A stretch of 64,000 bases of DNA, taken from Ministeria vibrans ATCC 50519. Lineage: Eukaryota; Protista; Filasterea. The notes beneath the pieces were generated by a model that saw only the letters and a list, made by a program, of their open reading frames with translations, ran no database searches and had not been told where the DNA came from. Location: positions 38,103 through 102,102 of the forward strand of contig CALSCP010002457.1 in NCBI GenBank assembly GCA_943704425.1, written 5' to 3'. The position numbers were made by a program, and so were the translations under genes. Positions 14,201 through 25,900 of the stretch are shown here, one piece after another. How positions within the stretch are numbered: position 1 is the stretch's first letter; each line of letters starts with the position of its first letter.

Positions 14201-17200
14201 GCGTTGGTTTTCTCGCCGAGAGACAGCGTAGGTCGACTGCGTGCCCCGTCAAACATGATGATTTCCTCTTCCTCGTTCGCGGACGCCATGCGCACACCGT
14301 GTGGAAAGGCAATGGAGTGAATTCCGTCGTTGCTGACGGCCAGAGGCAATCGCGTGCGGTTGTGAATGATAAAGGGCACATGGAAGCTGATTTCGCGCGC
14401 CTGGCATGTCTCGAGCGAGCGCGTGTTCATGTGCGTCGCCACCACAGTGATGTTGAGCTTTCGCGATTGCTCGTCGCACACCTCAAACAGAGGATTATTC
14501 ACATGGCCACCAATGGTGATAACCGCCTCGTCTGGCAGCTGCGAGTTGAGCACAGGGGGAAAGGACACGGTCACGCCGCTGTCGGGCTGCACACCTTCAC
14601 TGCTCGCAAAAAAGCCTTCAATGTGCACGTGGAGATCGACGTCAAGTGTGTTGCAATGCGCCAAGTGGTACACCGGCACGCGCGAATTGGGGGCGACCCG
14701 ACCGCGTCGGTCACCCACAGTAATGTCAATGTTGCATGGCAAATCGTTGACGATGCAGAGCGGTGGAAGAACGGTGAAAATGTGCGACGCGTGCGTCGCT
14801 TGCACATTCGGGTAGGCTCCCGCGTCAACCTGTACCTCCATGTAAAAGCGCTCGGTGACATCGTCGTCAACGTGCGGACTTGCTGCAGGCAGTGTAAAGC
14901 GCGTCGGCATACCGCCCGTCTGCGGGAACGCCTCCCACGCAAAGATGGCGTCGCTGGGCCTCCAGCAGAACGAGTCCTGCATGTCCTCGCCCACAACGCC
15001 CGAGCGCATGCTGTACAAGTCTGCATCCATACTGCCACTGTACGCTCCGTCAACAATGCTGTTGCACAGCGTGTCGCTGACATTGGCGAGCGGCTTGATG
15101 CGAAATGGGATACGCTGGTTGCGCACTGGGATGCCCACGGTCTTGCCCGCCGGAACAATCACAACGCGCTCGTCAATAACCGAAGTCATGTTCCGGTCCG
15201 CCGCCGCTTCTTGGTCAAAAAGCACAAACTCCCCCAAGTCATCATCAACTTTGCCTGCTTGCTGCGACTTAGCAACCGCACTCATCTCCTCAATGCGCTT
15301 GCGGGCCTGCGGCCACACGACGACCTGAATGGGAACACTCAGCTGATTGCACACTTGTACCGGCGACAGCACTTCGACGAGGCGGTAGGCACCGCGTAGC
15401 TTCACATTGACAATGATGATAAGGGCATCGTCAGGATCGTCAATGAGAATGGGTCGCAGCGGTGGCGTGTGTGGCGTGCTGTCATCAGCACGCAGCAAAA
15501 CGGCGTGCGTGCGCTCCTTGATGTCAAGCGCCGGTGAGGGCGCATAGCCGGCAACGTTCAGAACCAACAGAGTGTCCGTCTCGCACGCCATGTCACGCAC
15601 ACTCTGGCTTGGAAAACGAAAGCCAACAGTCTGGCCAGCCTCGACAGATTTGAGTCTACTCTGACGGCTCTTGTTGTTGTTGCTGTTGTTGTTGTTTTTG
15701 CTGTTGCTTACAGCGGCAAACTGCATCTTCATGTCAGTCCCATTGTAGAGACGATATGGATGAAACTTAGAGCGTGTCGCGCCAATGACGCCTGTGCTGC
15801 TCTGTAGCTCGGTGGCGGTCATCGAGTAGACTGACTCGGTGGTGCTGCTGTGCTCGCGCTGAAGTTGCTTTTTTTGTTGTTGTTGAAGCACGTCGCGCTC
15901 AAAATTGAGCTCCAGGTAGCGCTGAATGGCTGGCAGGGTCTGCGTGATCATAGTGTGGGTGAGATTGATTTCAATACGTCTGGCAATGTGTGCCTCGAAG
16001 CGTCGCCCAATGGCGGGGTCGCGGATGAAGCCGATAGAGAACGACTCGACAAGAGGTTCCCAACTGAGTAGGGCACCATTCCAATTGTCTAGCATGCACT
16101 GCGCGATACCCTCGATGTACAAACGGGGCTGAGACCACTGCCTAAGGGTGAGATTGCTCTCGATACCCAAACGCAGCAGTGGCACGTCCATAAAAAGGGA
16201 TGTGTCATCAACAAGGGTCACGGAGATCTTTTCAAGCTGCAAAGCAAGGTGCTCCTCGATGAGCACTTGTCTGCGTGAATCTTTTTTGCGACTGCGGCGT
16301 GTAGAAGAGTGTGACGGTAATGATGATGATGATGATGACGGCACCATCGACGAGAGTGTGTCGCGGTCGGTAAAGGCGGTCGTGGAGAAAGGCAAAGACG
16401 ACGGGTCCATGTGATCGTCGACGGTGTCGTCTACGGCAAGATCCAGGCTACGATGATCGCGGGCACGCGGAAGACCGGTGGGCAGAATCGAGTTAGTGGT
16501 GAGGGTCCCCGCAGCGTCAAAAACGCCTGAAGAGACAGCAACACCGGTTGCGCCCCCGCCACCCATGTATCCACCTTCTTCTGCCGTTGTTGCTGCTCCA
16601 CGTCCCTCTCTCTCCCCTCGTCCAAGAGCATCAAGCGAATGGGCGCGCTTGTCCTTGCTCGCACCCAGATTGGTTTCAAGCGAGGCAAGCGAGTCTGTGT
16701 CGCTGTCTCGGTTGTCCATGGCAAGTTCGTCCCTGACTTGCTCGGGGACTTGCAGAAGGTTGGTAATGATGCGAGCGAGCGCACCCGTGTCAATGCTCGA
16801 CAGTTGAAATTCGAGTGGAAACGAGCGAGCGCCCACCACGGTCTTGATGGAGTGCAAACGCGCAGGAGCACCCGGAGCAGACTCGTCGGGAAGCCACTTG
16901 TGGGTGATATTAAAGTGAGCGGTGAACGAGAAGGGCGCGTCGGTGATGACACGGTGTTGGTCCGGCAGAAGTATGGAGTCGAGGTGCGCAAAGAACAAAG
17001 CCCCACCCTTGAGGTTACACGCGCATTGGACTGTGTTAGATTCGAGGGTAGAGGTCGTGCTGCTGTAGTCACAACTGAATGCCACTGGCGACTCAGCGCA
17101 GTTGTCGCGGCTTTTGTTGTCGTTGTTGTTGTTGGAGTTGCCATCGTCAACTTGAAAGCGTACTCCAAACACAGTACCTGGAAGATGTTGCAACCATGTG

Positions 17201-20200
17201 TCGGCCGTGAGGACGTGCAAGTCAATCACTGTGAGTGAAACGGACGTGTAAATGGAGGTAAGGGGGGCGCTTGGCTCATCTTCCGACGATGGGTGCTTGG
17301 CCACGTTGGTTGCTGCCGTCGTGGACAACGATGCGACAGACGACGCCCCAGTCGCTGCGGTAAGTGACGCGTGGGTGCCATAAGCACGTGTGGTGAATGT
17401 AGGGCGGAGAGTGTTCTCAGGAGGAGAGCGCATGAGGAAAACTAGGGTACGAGCAACGAAACGATCACGGAAAAACAATGTCACCGAGCCCCAACGAATC
17501 ACAAAGCGGTTCGCGGCGTCATTCGAGTCGAGAGTCGCAAAGAAAGCCATTGGAGCAGTGGTGTTGTTGGAGGAAGACGCCAACGTGGGTGCGCAGATGG
17601 AGAGGAATGGGGCGTTGTCGGTATCGTCGTTCTCGTCGTTAGCACCTTTGTCATCAAACGATGCAGCCGGAGTGGACAGGTCATAGATTGAAATGGACGC
17701 CAGTGATACGCTCGCCGAAAGACCTCGCTCGGCCGAAGACGCTGCCTTGAGGTGAACCTGTGAGGTACAAAGGCGAGCAAAGCGACCTTGTGTGTCCTCG
17801 AGTGAGACGAGCACCTCCTCAACATGGAAATCTTCCAGAACAAATGAAAGGAGATCGCTGGTCGCTGACGTTGGAGTAGGCATGGGGGTAGCGGCAACGG
17901 AGACTGAAATAGCGCCAAGCTCGGCCTGAGATGCAACAATGAGGGAGCGAACACACGCGAGAGCTGGTGGAGACGTCATGGCAATGTTGTCACGGAGAAG
18001 CGCCATCGAGAGCAAATAATCATCCTCGGTCAATTCGAGTGATAGGCGTTCGATGCGCCCAGAGGCTGTGATCAAGGTCGCTGGAGCGTTGGAGGTGGCC
18101 GCTGAGACAAAGAAGGAGGGTATAATAGCGGTCGCCTGAGTGTCGGAGAGTGTGACAAAATTGGCAAATTGTTTGCGCTCTGCGATGTGGTTGCCATCAA
18201 TGCAAAACACACGCGCGCCTGACAGGGTTACAGTGCTCGTGTGGCTCTCTCGGGTTGTCGAGGCAACCGTGACGCTGAGCGAGCCGGGCAGGAGACAGAC
18301 TTCGCTAGTGTCCTCGTGCCACGGGGCGACGGGCACGACAATGACGGGAGTCTCAATGCAAATGTTGGCGGAGAGACGGTAAAAGGGTCGCTCTGACGAT
18401 GAGGATGTGCTTGATGTGGCAGTGGTAGGCACTGACGATGCCGACGGCGATATCGACGACACGTGGACCGTTGATTTTGTAGCGACTGTCGATTGAATGG
18501 CTGTTGATGCGCTGAAAAGAACGAAGTATTCGGCGAGCATCAATGCAACGGCCTGCACGTGAGTGTAGCGCAGCGCCCGAACCGTCAGCTGAATGGCAAG
18601 GTCGTGGAGCACGGGCACGTCTGATTCGGCAATGGGCGATGGAATGTCACAAAAGTCAACGGAGAGATGGAGAGCTCTGTCCGAGTCGGAGGAAACAGCC
18701 ACCTCGGCATCATTTTTGGAGGAGAGATGATGAATGTCGATGGGCCACACAAGCAAATCCTGTTTAAAATTGTGCACAGCAAGTCGCAGAGTGTGACATA
18801 CCAGCTGGCACTGAACGCGTTCGGGTAGAAGACGCAACGCGAGGGTGGCGGCGCCTGTGTCGAGCGAGGCAAACAACTCGGAGGAGATCGATGCGGAACC
18901 GCGTGCGTTGGGAGTCTCTGCAGGCTGGTAGGCGGTCACTTTGAGACCGGCAAGGTTCACTTGAAGTTGCACGCACTCGTTAAAAGAGCGACGTTGTGTC
19001 GCCGTTGTTGTTCCCATTGGCATTGGTGTTGATTCGATGAGCAAGGCGCGTGCGCGTCGCGCGCGTGCGGGTGATAATGGCAAAATCGGAGCAATGTCGA
19101 GGGGTGCGGCAACTGTCTGCGCACGACGACTCTCAATGTGGTCCGAGACGCTGCGCGAGGCGGCTAGCAAGACTTGCATTTGACGAACAACGACAAAAGG
19201 ATGAATGGAGATGTGACAAAGAGCTGTGTCAATGACAATGCGAGTGGCAAACTGCTCGCCTTCGACGTAGCCATGCTGCTGCTCGACAACGAGACGCACC
19301 AAAGGCTGTTGGTCGCGGGAGTCGCTGGAAAAGAGAGCGTACGAGTCGTCCATGAGCAACTGTGTTCTGCCAATGCAGAGCAATACAGAGCGTTCTTCGT
19401 TCTTCAGGGTGACACTTGAGTCAAAGCCCGCACACTGGAGACGCACAGCACGCCCTTGAGCCATGAGATTGAACGCACAGGGTTCGGCGTGCACAACCAC
19501 ACGGACAGCGGTAGGAAGAAACTCAAGCGCGTCCTCAAAGACATCGTCGTCGTCGTCCATGTCAATGTCGTCCATCTCGTCGTTGTCGGAGGCGATCGGT
19601 CGCGTGGCAAGCGAGGAAGCAATCCAGGCGGCTGTTTGAGGAGCGACAACACTTGACAAAGGCTGAGATGGTAAAAATGGTGGCAGGTCTGATGGTGTGG
19701 TGGGTGTTGCTGGTAGGGCTGTGGGCTGCGATGGTGGTAATGCAGATGGAGCAAGGACAATGTCAGGCACACAGTCGACGATGTAGGAGGCGTGAGCCAT
19801 GTCGAGAGTCACAGACGACTGGTTAATGTGCACTTTCACGTCAATGTTAGACTGTGCATTGGGGCTGGTGGCAACGTCGACACGCGTGTACATGGACATG
19901 GAGTCGAGGAGTGGGAAGGTAGTGTTGTTGTTGCCGTCATCATTGCTGTTGTGGCACAGGTCAAAACGCGCGTCGGAGAGCGAAATAAAGTAAGAGTCGA
20001 CGAGTGGATCAACACAGGCGAATATGGTGATGGACTCGTCGCGGCCCTTTACGGCACTGTTACTGATGTTGTTGCAGTTGTCACTCCACGTACAGTGAAT
20101 GTGACCGGCGTTAGCAATGATTTGTGAGCGACCGTCGGCGCTTGGCAGTACAATGGTGGGAGTTGCAATGGCAGCAAAGACGGCGACGCGCATGGGAAGG

Positions 20201-22112
20201 GCAGGAGAAGAGTTTCGAGTGAGAGGGACAACTGTAGAGGGGACTGCTGAAGCAACTGGTTGCTGCGATGAGGCGAGGGCCGGCATGAAATGGTTGAGTA
20301 AGAGCGCGAGAAAAGCGTCGCTGTACACAAGACGTGACGAGAGGACGTCAATGTCAAGTTGAGGAACGCCAGGGTGATCGACTGGATTGGTGTCAACCTG
20401 GATGTAGATGAGACGCGGATCGCCGTCGTCGTCGTGTTGATCGCATGCAAACACAGGGTGCGTCGCAGGTTCAGCGTGCTCCTCTCCTCTTGATGGGCGT
20501 ACAACATGCGATACGATAAGATTGTGGAGAGAGAAGCAAGCGGCGGTGGCGGATGGAGACTCGCGGAGACGCGCAGAGCAGGCGAGGCGGGAAACTTCGG
20601 CAATAATAGACTGGCCAAGCGAAGGAGCATTAAAGTGGAAAGCAACCGAGGGTAGTTGCAGAGCAAGGGTGATTGTCGCGTAGTGAGGGTCGTGCTGAGG
20701 TTCGCCTTCAAGAATATCTCCTTCCTGTTCTGCTTCGTGCAGGAGCTGCACCTCAGACTCGATGGTCTCCAGAAGTTCGCGTTCAACGTCGGGCTCGGTT
20801 GTGGTCCAGGACGAAAACCACGACGAGACATTAACGTAAGCAGAGGAAAGGACCGACGATGATGAAGACGCAGCAGCAGCAGCAGCAGCAGCGGCGGCGG
20901 CAGCAGCGGCGGCATTCGAGGTGGAGGAGGAACGCTGGTGCTCCTTGACTTTTGCGCGTGCCTCGCGACGAAACGCAACAATGTCGCTTGACGTTAGGGC
21001 GTCGGCAAGCTCGATGCGCTCAAGTTGACGGAGAGTCTCAACCGGAGGGGGCTGCTTGGACGCGTAAGATGGAAAGCGAGACATGTAGAGTGGAATGTAT
21101 TCGACGCGTAGGGTCGCGAGGGTGTCGGGCGAGAGAGGAGCGCGCGCGTCGCTTTGCGCCTTGAGACGTTTCTGAAGTTGATGCTGTTGTGCAGAAAAGG
21201 CGTCGGTAAACGACACGAGAAGCGCGAGAGAGTCAGGGCAGGTATTGAGCGTGACCGGTGATATGGTGCAGTCGAGTGACACTTGGGGGTCGCCCGAGGC
21301 GGCCGCTGTGTGTTTGTCGAGTCGCATTCGCAGGTCCACTGTCGCCTTGACATTATCGACGAGAGCCACTTGACCGAGATGAATGGCAAGCGTATCAAGG
21401 AGGAGTTGTTTGTGCGAGGGTGTGGAGGACGAGGTGGTGGACGGCGACGCAGCGGAGGGTTTTGCCGCGCTGTGGGCGTTTCCAACGTGCAGTTGCTTGA
21501 GCGAGACGCTGATGCAGTCGGCGTCGCTTTCGCCATGCAAACGGAGCACGACACGGTCGACTACCACGGAGAGACCGCGGACAACACGAGCAATGATGCC
21601 ATTCTTTGCGCTGAGGCCGATGGAGCTGAGCCAGCCGGCGTGAGGAGCAGCGGGGGCCCGCGGAGCGGGAGAAAGCGCTTCGATGAGCGACTCCTTCACG
21701 AGGCGCTCGCACTGGACGACATCAAACGCGTCCGCATCTTGCAGGCGGACGTCGGCGTGGACGTCGGTGACGACGACGCGGCACAGAATCTCGCTGGAGC
21801 GCCATTCGAGAGCAACTTCAACTTTGGCAGCGCGAAGACTGTCGACGACGAGCGGAAACGACGCAGGGAGCACCGGGTCCACAAGGAACTCCGCGTCGGT
21901 CAGCACAACGTGGACTGTCAAAACAGCGGCGGTGGGAGGGAGGAGGAGAGAATGAGAGAGAGGAGGCGGAAAATGTTATTTTGTTTCGCTTTTTCTTTTT
22001 TTTCGTTCGTTGTACCTTTCGACAGTGAGAAATCGGATTGCTTGTCGGCGCATGATTTCAGGTAGTCTTTGAGTTTGTTGTCAATGAACAGCTGGAACAA
22101 TCTTTGCATCAT
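5224..22112 (-). CDS. VPS13D: VPS13D-like bridge lipid-transfer protein with ricin-B domains and C-terminal tectonin-like propeller extension (~5,600 aa)
   Basis: Exon 1 (22112-22016, MMQRLFQLFIDNKLKDYL.., chorein-N-like) splices in frame via a GT-AG intron (22015-21915) to a 16.7-kb exon. Motifs: WEPLVESF, VAB-type repeats (PYRLYNGT, PFIIHNRT, FRLINKS), ricin-B QxW repeats, PGSGLLSVSVEPEGFTRCVVIRD (VPS13D-like), GFSAID..REILY..IDRLQVDN..FPIV, an ATG2_C-like helix region and a PH-like region. Confidence 0.85.
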
Positions 22113-22416
22113 CGTAAAATAAATCAATCAAGAACTGGAAAGACGACACAGCTGGAAAGCAGCACAATGCTACTGCCGTCGACCAGAGACACAGAATGAG
22201 ATGAACGCAGAAGGAAGCGAAAGAACAAACAAATAAACGCACTATTACTAATATGACTTAATGTGTGAATCAATGAGTATCTCGAAATCTCTGGAGAGTC
22301 ACAGACGCGACTCACACCGAGTCAGTAGTCACGCCGAGCATTCTTCTTCTGTCGTCTGCCTCTCTTTGCCTGCTTTTGTCGTTGCGTAGTGTACCTGTGA
22401 CTCGTCCCGTGCTCCA

Positions 22417-22832
22417 ATGAGTCGCGAGGCAGCGACAGAGACTGACGCATCGGCGCGATCGTCATCCCAGAAAAAGTCCAAACTCCGAACGTTAGGCGTG
22501 CAGTTTGTGCGCGCTTCCAAACCCGGCGGGGCAAGTGCTGGTAGTCGACTCATGCTGAAACAACTCGTCGAAATGGCCGAGTAACGACCCAGAATGGACC
22601 TGAAAGGTTTTTAAGATCTAAAAATTGGTGTTTTCTCTTCCTCTCCAGGGCCTCTCTGGAGAAAGCCAACCGCCGGCCGAACACTCGGCCGGAAGAAGCG
22701 CTACAGTTTGCAGAGGGGATGCTTGACGAGAATTTCGAGTGCATCCAGGACATGCCTGAGCCCATTCGTCAGCTTGCCAGCGTCAAGTTCATCTACGAAG
22801 GTGTTGCGATTGTCATGTTGCCTATCACGATT

Positions 22833-22927
<95 letters not shown>

Positions 22928-22964
22928 GCCTTTGAATTTATTTATCTTTCAAGGGTTGCACTGA
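22417..22964 (+). CDS. Possible small 3-exon hypothetical protein (~108 aa)
   Basis: ATG at 22417. GT-AG introns 22581-22648 and 22801-22953 keep the frame (MSREAATE..MAE|ASLEKANR..KFIYEG|LH*). It overlaps the 5' exons of the next gene, so the model is ambiguous. Confidence 0.35.
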
Positions 22965-25900
22965 CTGTGCCGCTGGAAAGTACTCGAATACGGGAACTGA
23001 TGTAAGCTCAAAAAGCACTACTGCATTTCAAGAAATAATATCAATTTTTTCGTTGTAGTCCTCCTGTCGCAACTGTCCCGTCGGCTACTACTGTCCCGGC
23101 GCCAAGACCCGTTACGCGTGTGATGCCGGCAAGGCACAACCTAGTTCCACACAATCGTCATGCCCTGCCTGCGCTGCAGGCAGGTATGCTGCATCAAAGG
23201 CAGCCAGCAGTTGGTACGAGTTATCTTTGCCTCCTTTCTCTTTCTTTCTTCCCTTATTTTTCTCTATTGTAGCGTCCAGTGTTCAGCCACCAAGTTCCAA
23301 CCCTTGACTGGACAGTCAACATGCCGTCCTTGCTACCACACGGCATCGTCGTCGACTGACTTTGCTTCCTGCCATTGTGCTACCGGCGCTGTCTCCAAGA
23401 CTGGTTGCTTCCCTTTCTCGGTGTGTGGAAATGACGATAACGAGACTTTTTAACTTCTTTTTTTTGTCTCTACATTAGATTAAGTACGGTTGCTCTAAAC
23501 GCGACTCGATCGTCACCGAACTCCAGATGACGAATACTCCGGCCGCTTACTGGAAGGTGAAGCCTCGCTTTGACGGCGACTTTGGTACCGAGGTGATGAA
23601 GTCAGGTAAACAGTCTGTCTCCCTCACTCTGGCTGGGTACGAGCCGACTCTCACGCAGAATCTTGTCAATGGTGTTGTTCACCCGGTACGACCATTCTCC
23701 AAACAGATTTTCGAATAGGGATCCTGACACCACTGCTTGCTCTTCTTACTCGTACTCTAGGGTGGCCAATTTGACGTTTGGTACAACGATTTCTACTCGA
23801 TGGTTCCCTTCCCCTGTGGCTGCAATACGCGACCTCGTGTCTGTGCAAAAGTAGCCTCCCGTCGTCGCCGCCGTTACTACACAACGTATTCCACATCCAC
23901 GAAAATTACCCCCGAGCAAGTGGACGACGCGCCGCGCAACATTGAAGTCAAACAAAATCGAGGCCTGATCACCTTCACCTGGGTCGTCTACTCGCAGTGT
24001 GCTGTCCAGTACGAGCTTACCCGCAAGCTTGTTGGCTCTTCGGATTCCGCTCAGATCTTTACAGACCTCGTACATGTGCCCGAAAGCGAAGTCGTCCAGT
24101 CTTGTAACACAAAGATCAGTCCCGTCAATAGCTTTGACGACGTGCGTCTGAGCGAGCTACAACTCGGCTCTACCTACTCCTACTGTGTCACCGGTACCAA
24201 CATCGATTACACGTCCAAGGTCGCGTGCAAGAGCCACGTGGTGCACTTCAACAGTCGTGTCCACGTCGACGTCATCACCATGCGCGGTGAACGACCTGTC
24301 GAAAAGGCCGAGGTAACTTGGGCTATCGAATCGGCGCCCTCGTCATGCGGTGCGTCTTCTTCTGGCAAAGCCGCAGAGCTTACCAACAAGCTGGGTCAGA
24401 CCCACTTCTACATGGCGCCCATCTGCCTCACCGCCTCCAAGTATATTGTCAAGGTGACCGTATCCAAGCGCACCGACGGCAATCCCCACATCTTCAAGTG
24501 TGCTGATGGCAGCATCTGCGACAGCATTGAAATCGAAGTTGAACATCTCAACTTTGATCACAAGATTGTCTTCCGTGACGCCAGCACTGCTCCCGTCTCA
24601 GGTTAGGAAACGATCGAAAAATATATATCCAAAGTGCTAATTTTTGTTTTTGTTTTTGCCTTCCTCCCTCTCACTTTGTCCCATTTTTCCTTCTGTTGCT
24701 TTCACCTCAACTATATATATATTATATATATATATATCTCTCTCGATCTCGATCTTGATCTTGATCTTGATCTTTATCTCGTCTTTTTTCAATCTTTCTT
24801 TCTTTCCTTCTCTCTTTCCTTCTTTCTTTCCTACTTTCTTTCCCTTTCGGCTAGGCACTGTCAAGGTCCCGTTCAAGGTTCACAAGTCAGTCGTGGTTGA
24901 CACTAGCACGGTAGAACGACGTGACGCTAAAAGCGCCCGCCGTTCGCCGTCGAGTACTCTTGGTGAGGGACTCGAACACACCAGTGTGACCTTCGCCGTG
25001 CCCGACGAGTCCTCCTTTGTTCAGCGACCCCTGGCCACCGAGCCCGTTGTCGACCCTGCCGCAGACAGTGTTGAGGATGACGCCGAGGCTATCAAATTGT
25101 CGGCGCGCTCCTCCAAGGCACCCACTCACATTTCTCTTCCCGACACCGCCTTCTCAGGCTCGTCTGTGGTCGTCAGCGACGCTGCTTCCGCCAACGCCTG
25201 CCAAACCGAATGCGATGGCATGACCATGTGCTTTGGCTTCTCGTTCCTGGCCGTCGCTGACGTGGGCGGCTTCAAGTGTCGCCTGCAGCTCTCCAGCACC
25301 TTCAAGCCCGTCTTCTCCGAGGGCTCCACCTCCACCTGCTCAGCGCTGCACACCGACAAGACTGTCTGCGACCAGCAGGGATGCATCCCCGGCTGGACTG
25401 GCCTCACATGTAACACGCGCACTCGCCACCAGAAGACGTTTTACTCGGGCTCGGCCATTGCCACAACCTCAACCAAGGCCACCGTCGACTTGTGCATGTC
25501 GTCTTGTGACTCCAACTCTAAATGCACCGCTTGGTCGTACCAGGGCACCACGTGTACCCACCAACTCGACAAGGTCTGGACCCATCCTGGCGGCATTGTG
25601 TACAAGAATAATGCCCAGAGTGGCTGTGCCAAGCAGTTTGCCAAAGACATTTCCTTCTCCGTCATCTGTGGTCAGAAGGCCGCGTGCAAGCCTGGTCAGA
25701 TGGCTCCTCCCAACTCGGCCGTCTGCACCGAGCGTCAGCTTCTGACCACCTCACTTATGGGCACCGCCGACCTGCGTGCGCCCGCCGCCACTGCCGTTGT
25801 CTGCGCCGCCCGCTGCGAGGCTGCCCAGGACGAGTGTGCCGCCTGGACTTTTTGTCCTTCGTGTGTCACCGACAAGAAGTACCCGTGTCAGCTGTACACG

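Noticed and set aside
14038-15399. 453-aa antisense ORF and many other overlapping ORFs within VPS13D and the giant receptor
   Set aside because: Shadow ORFs from GC-rich codon usage, with no recognisable motifs.
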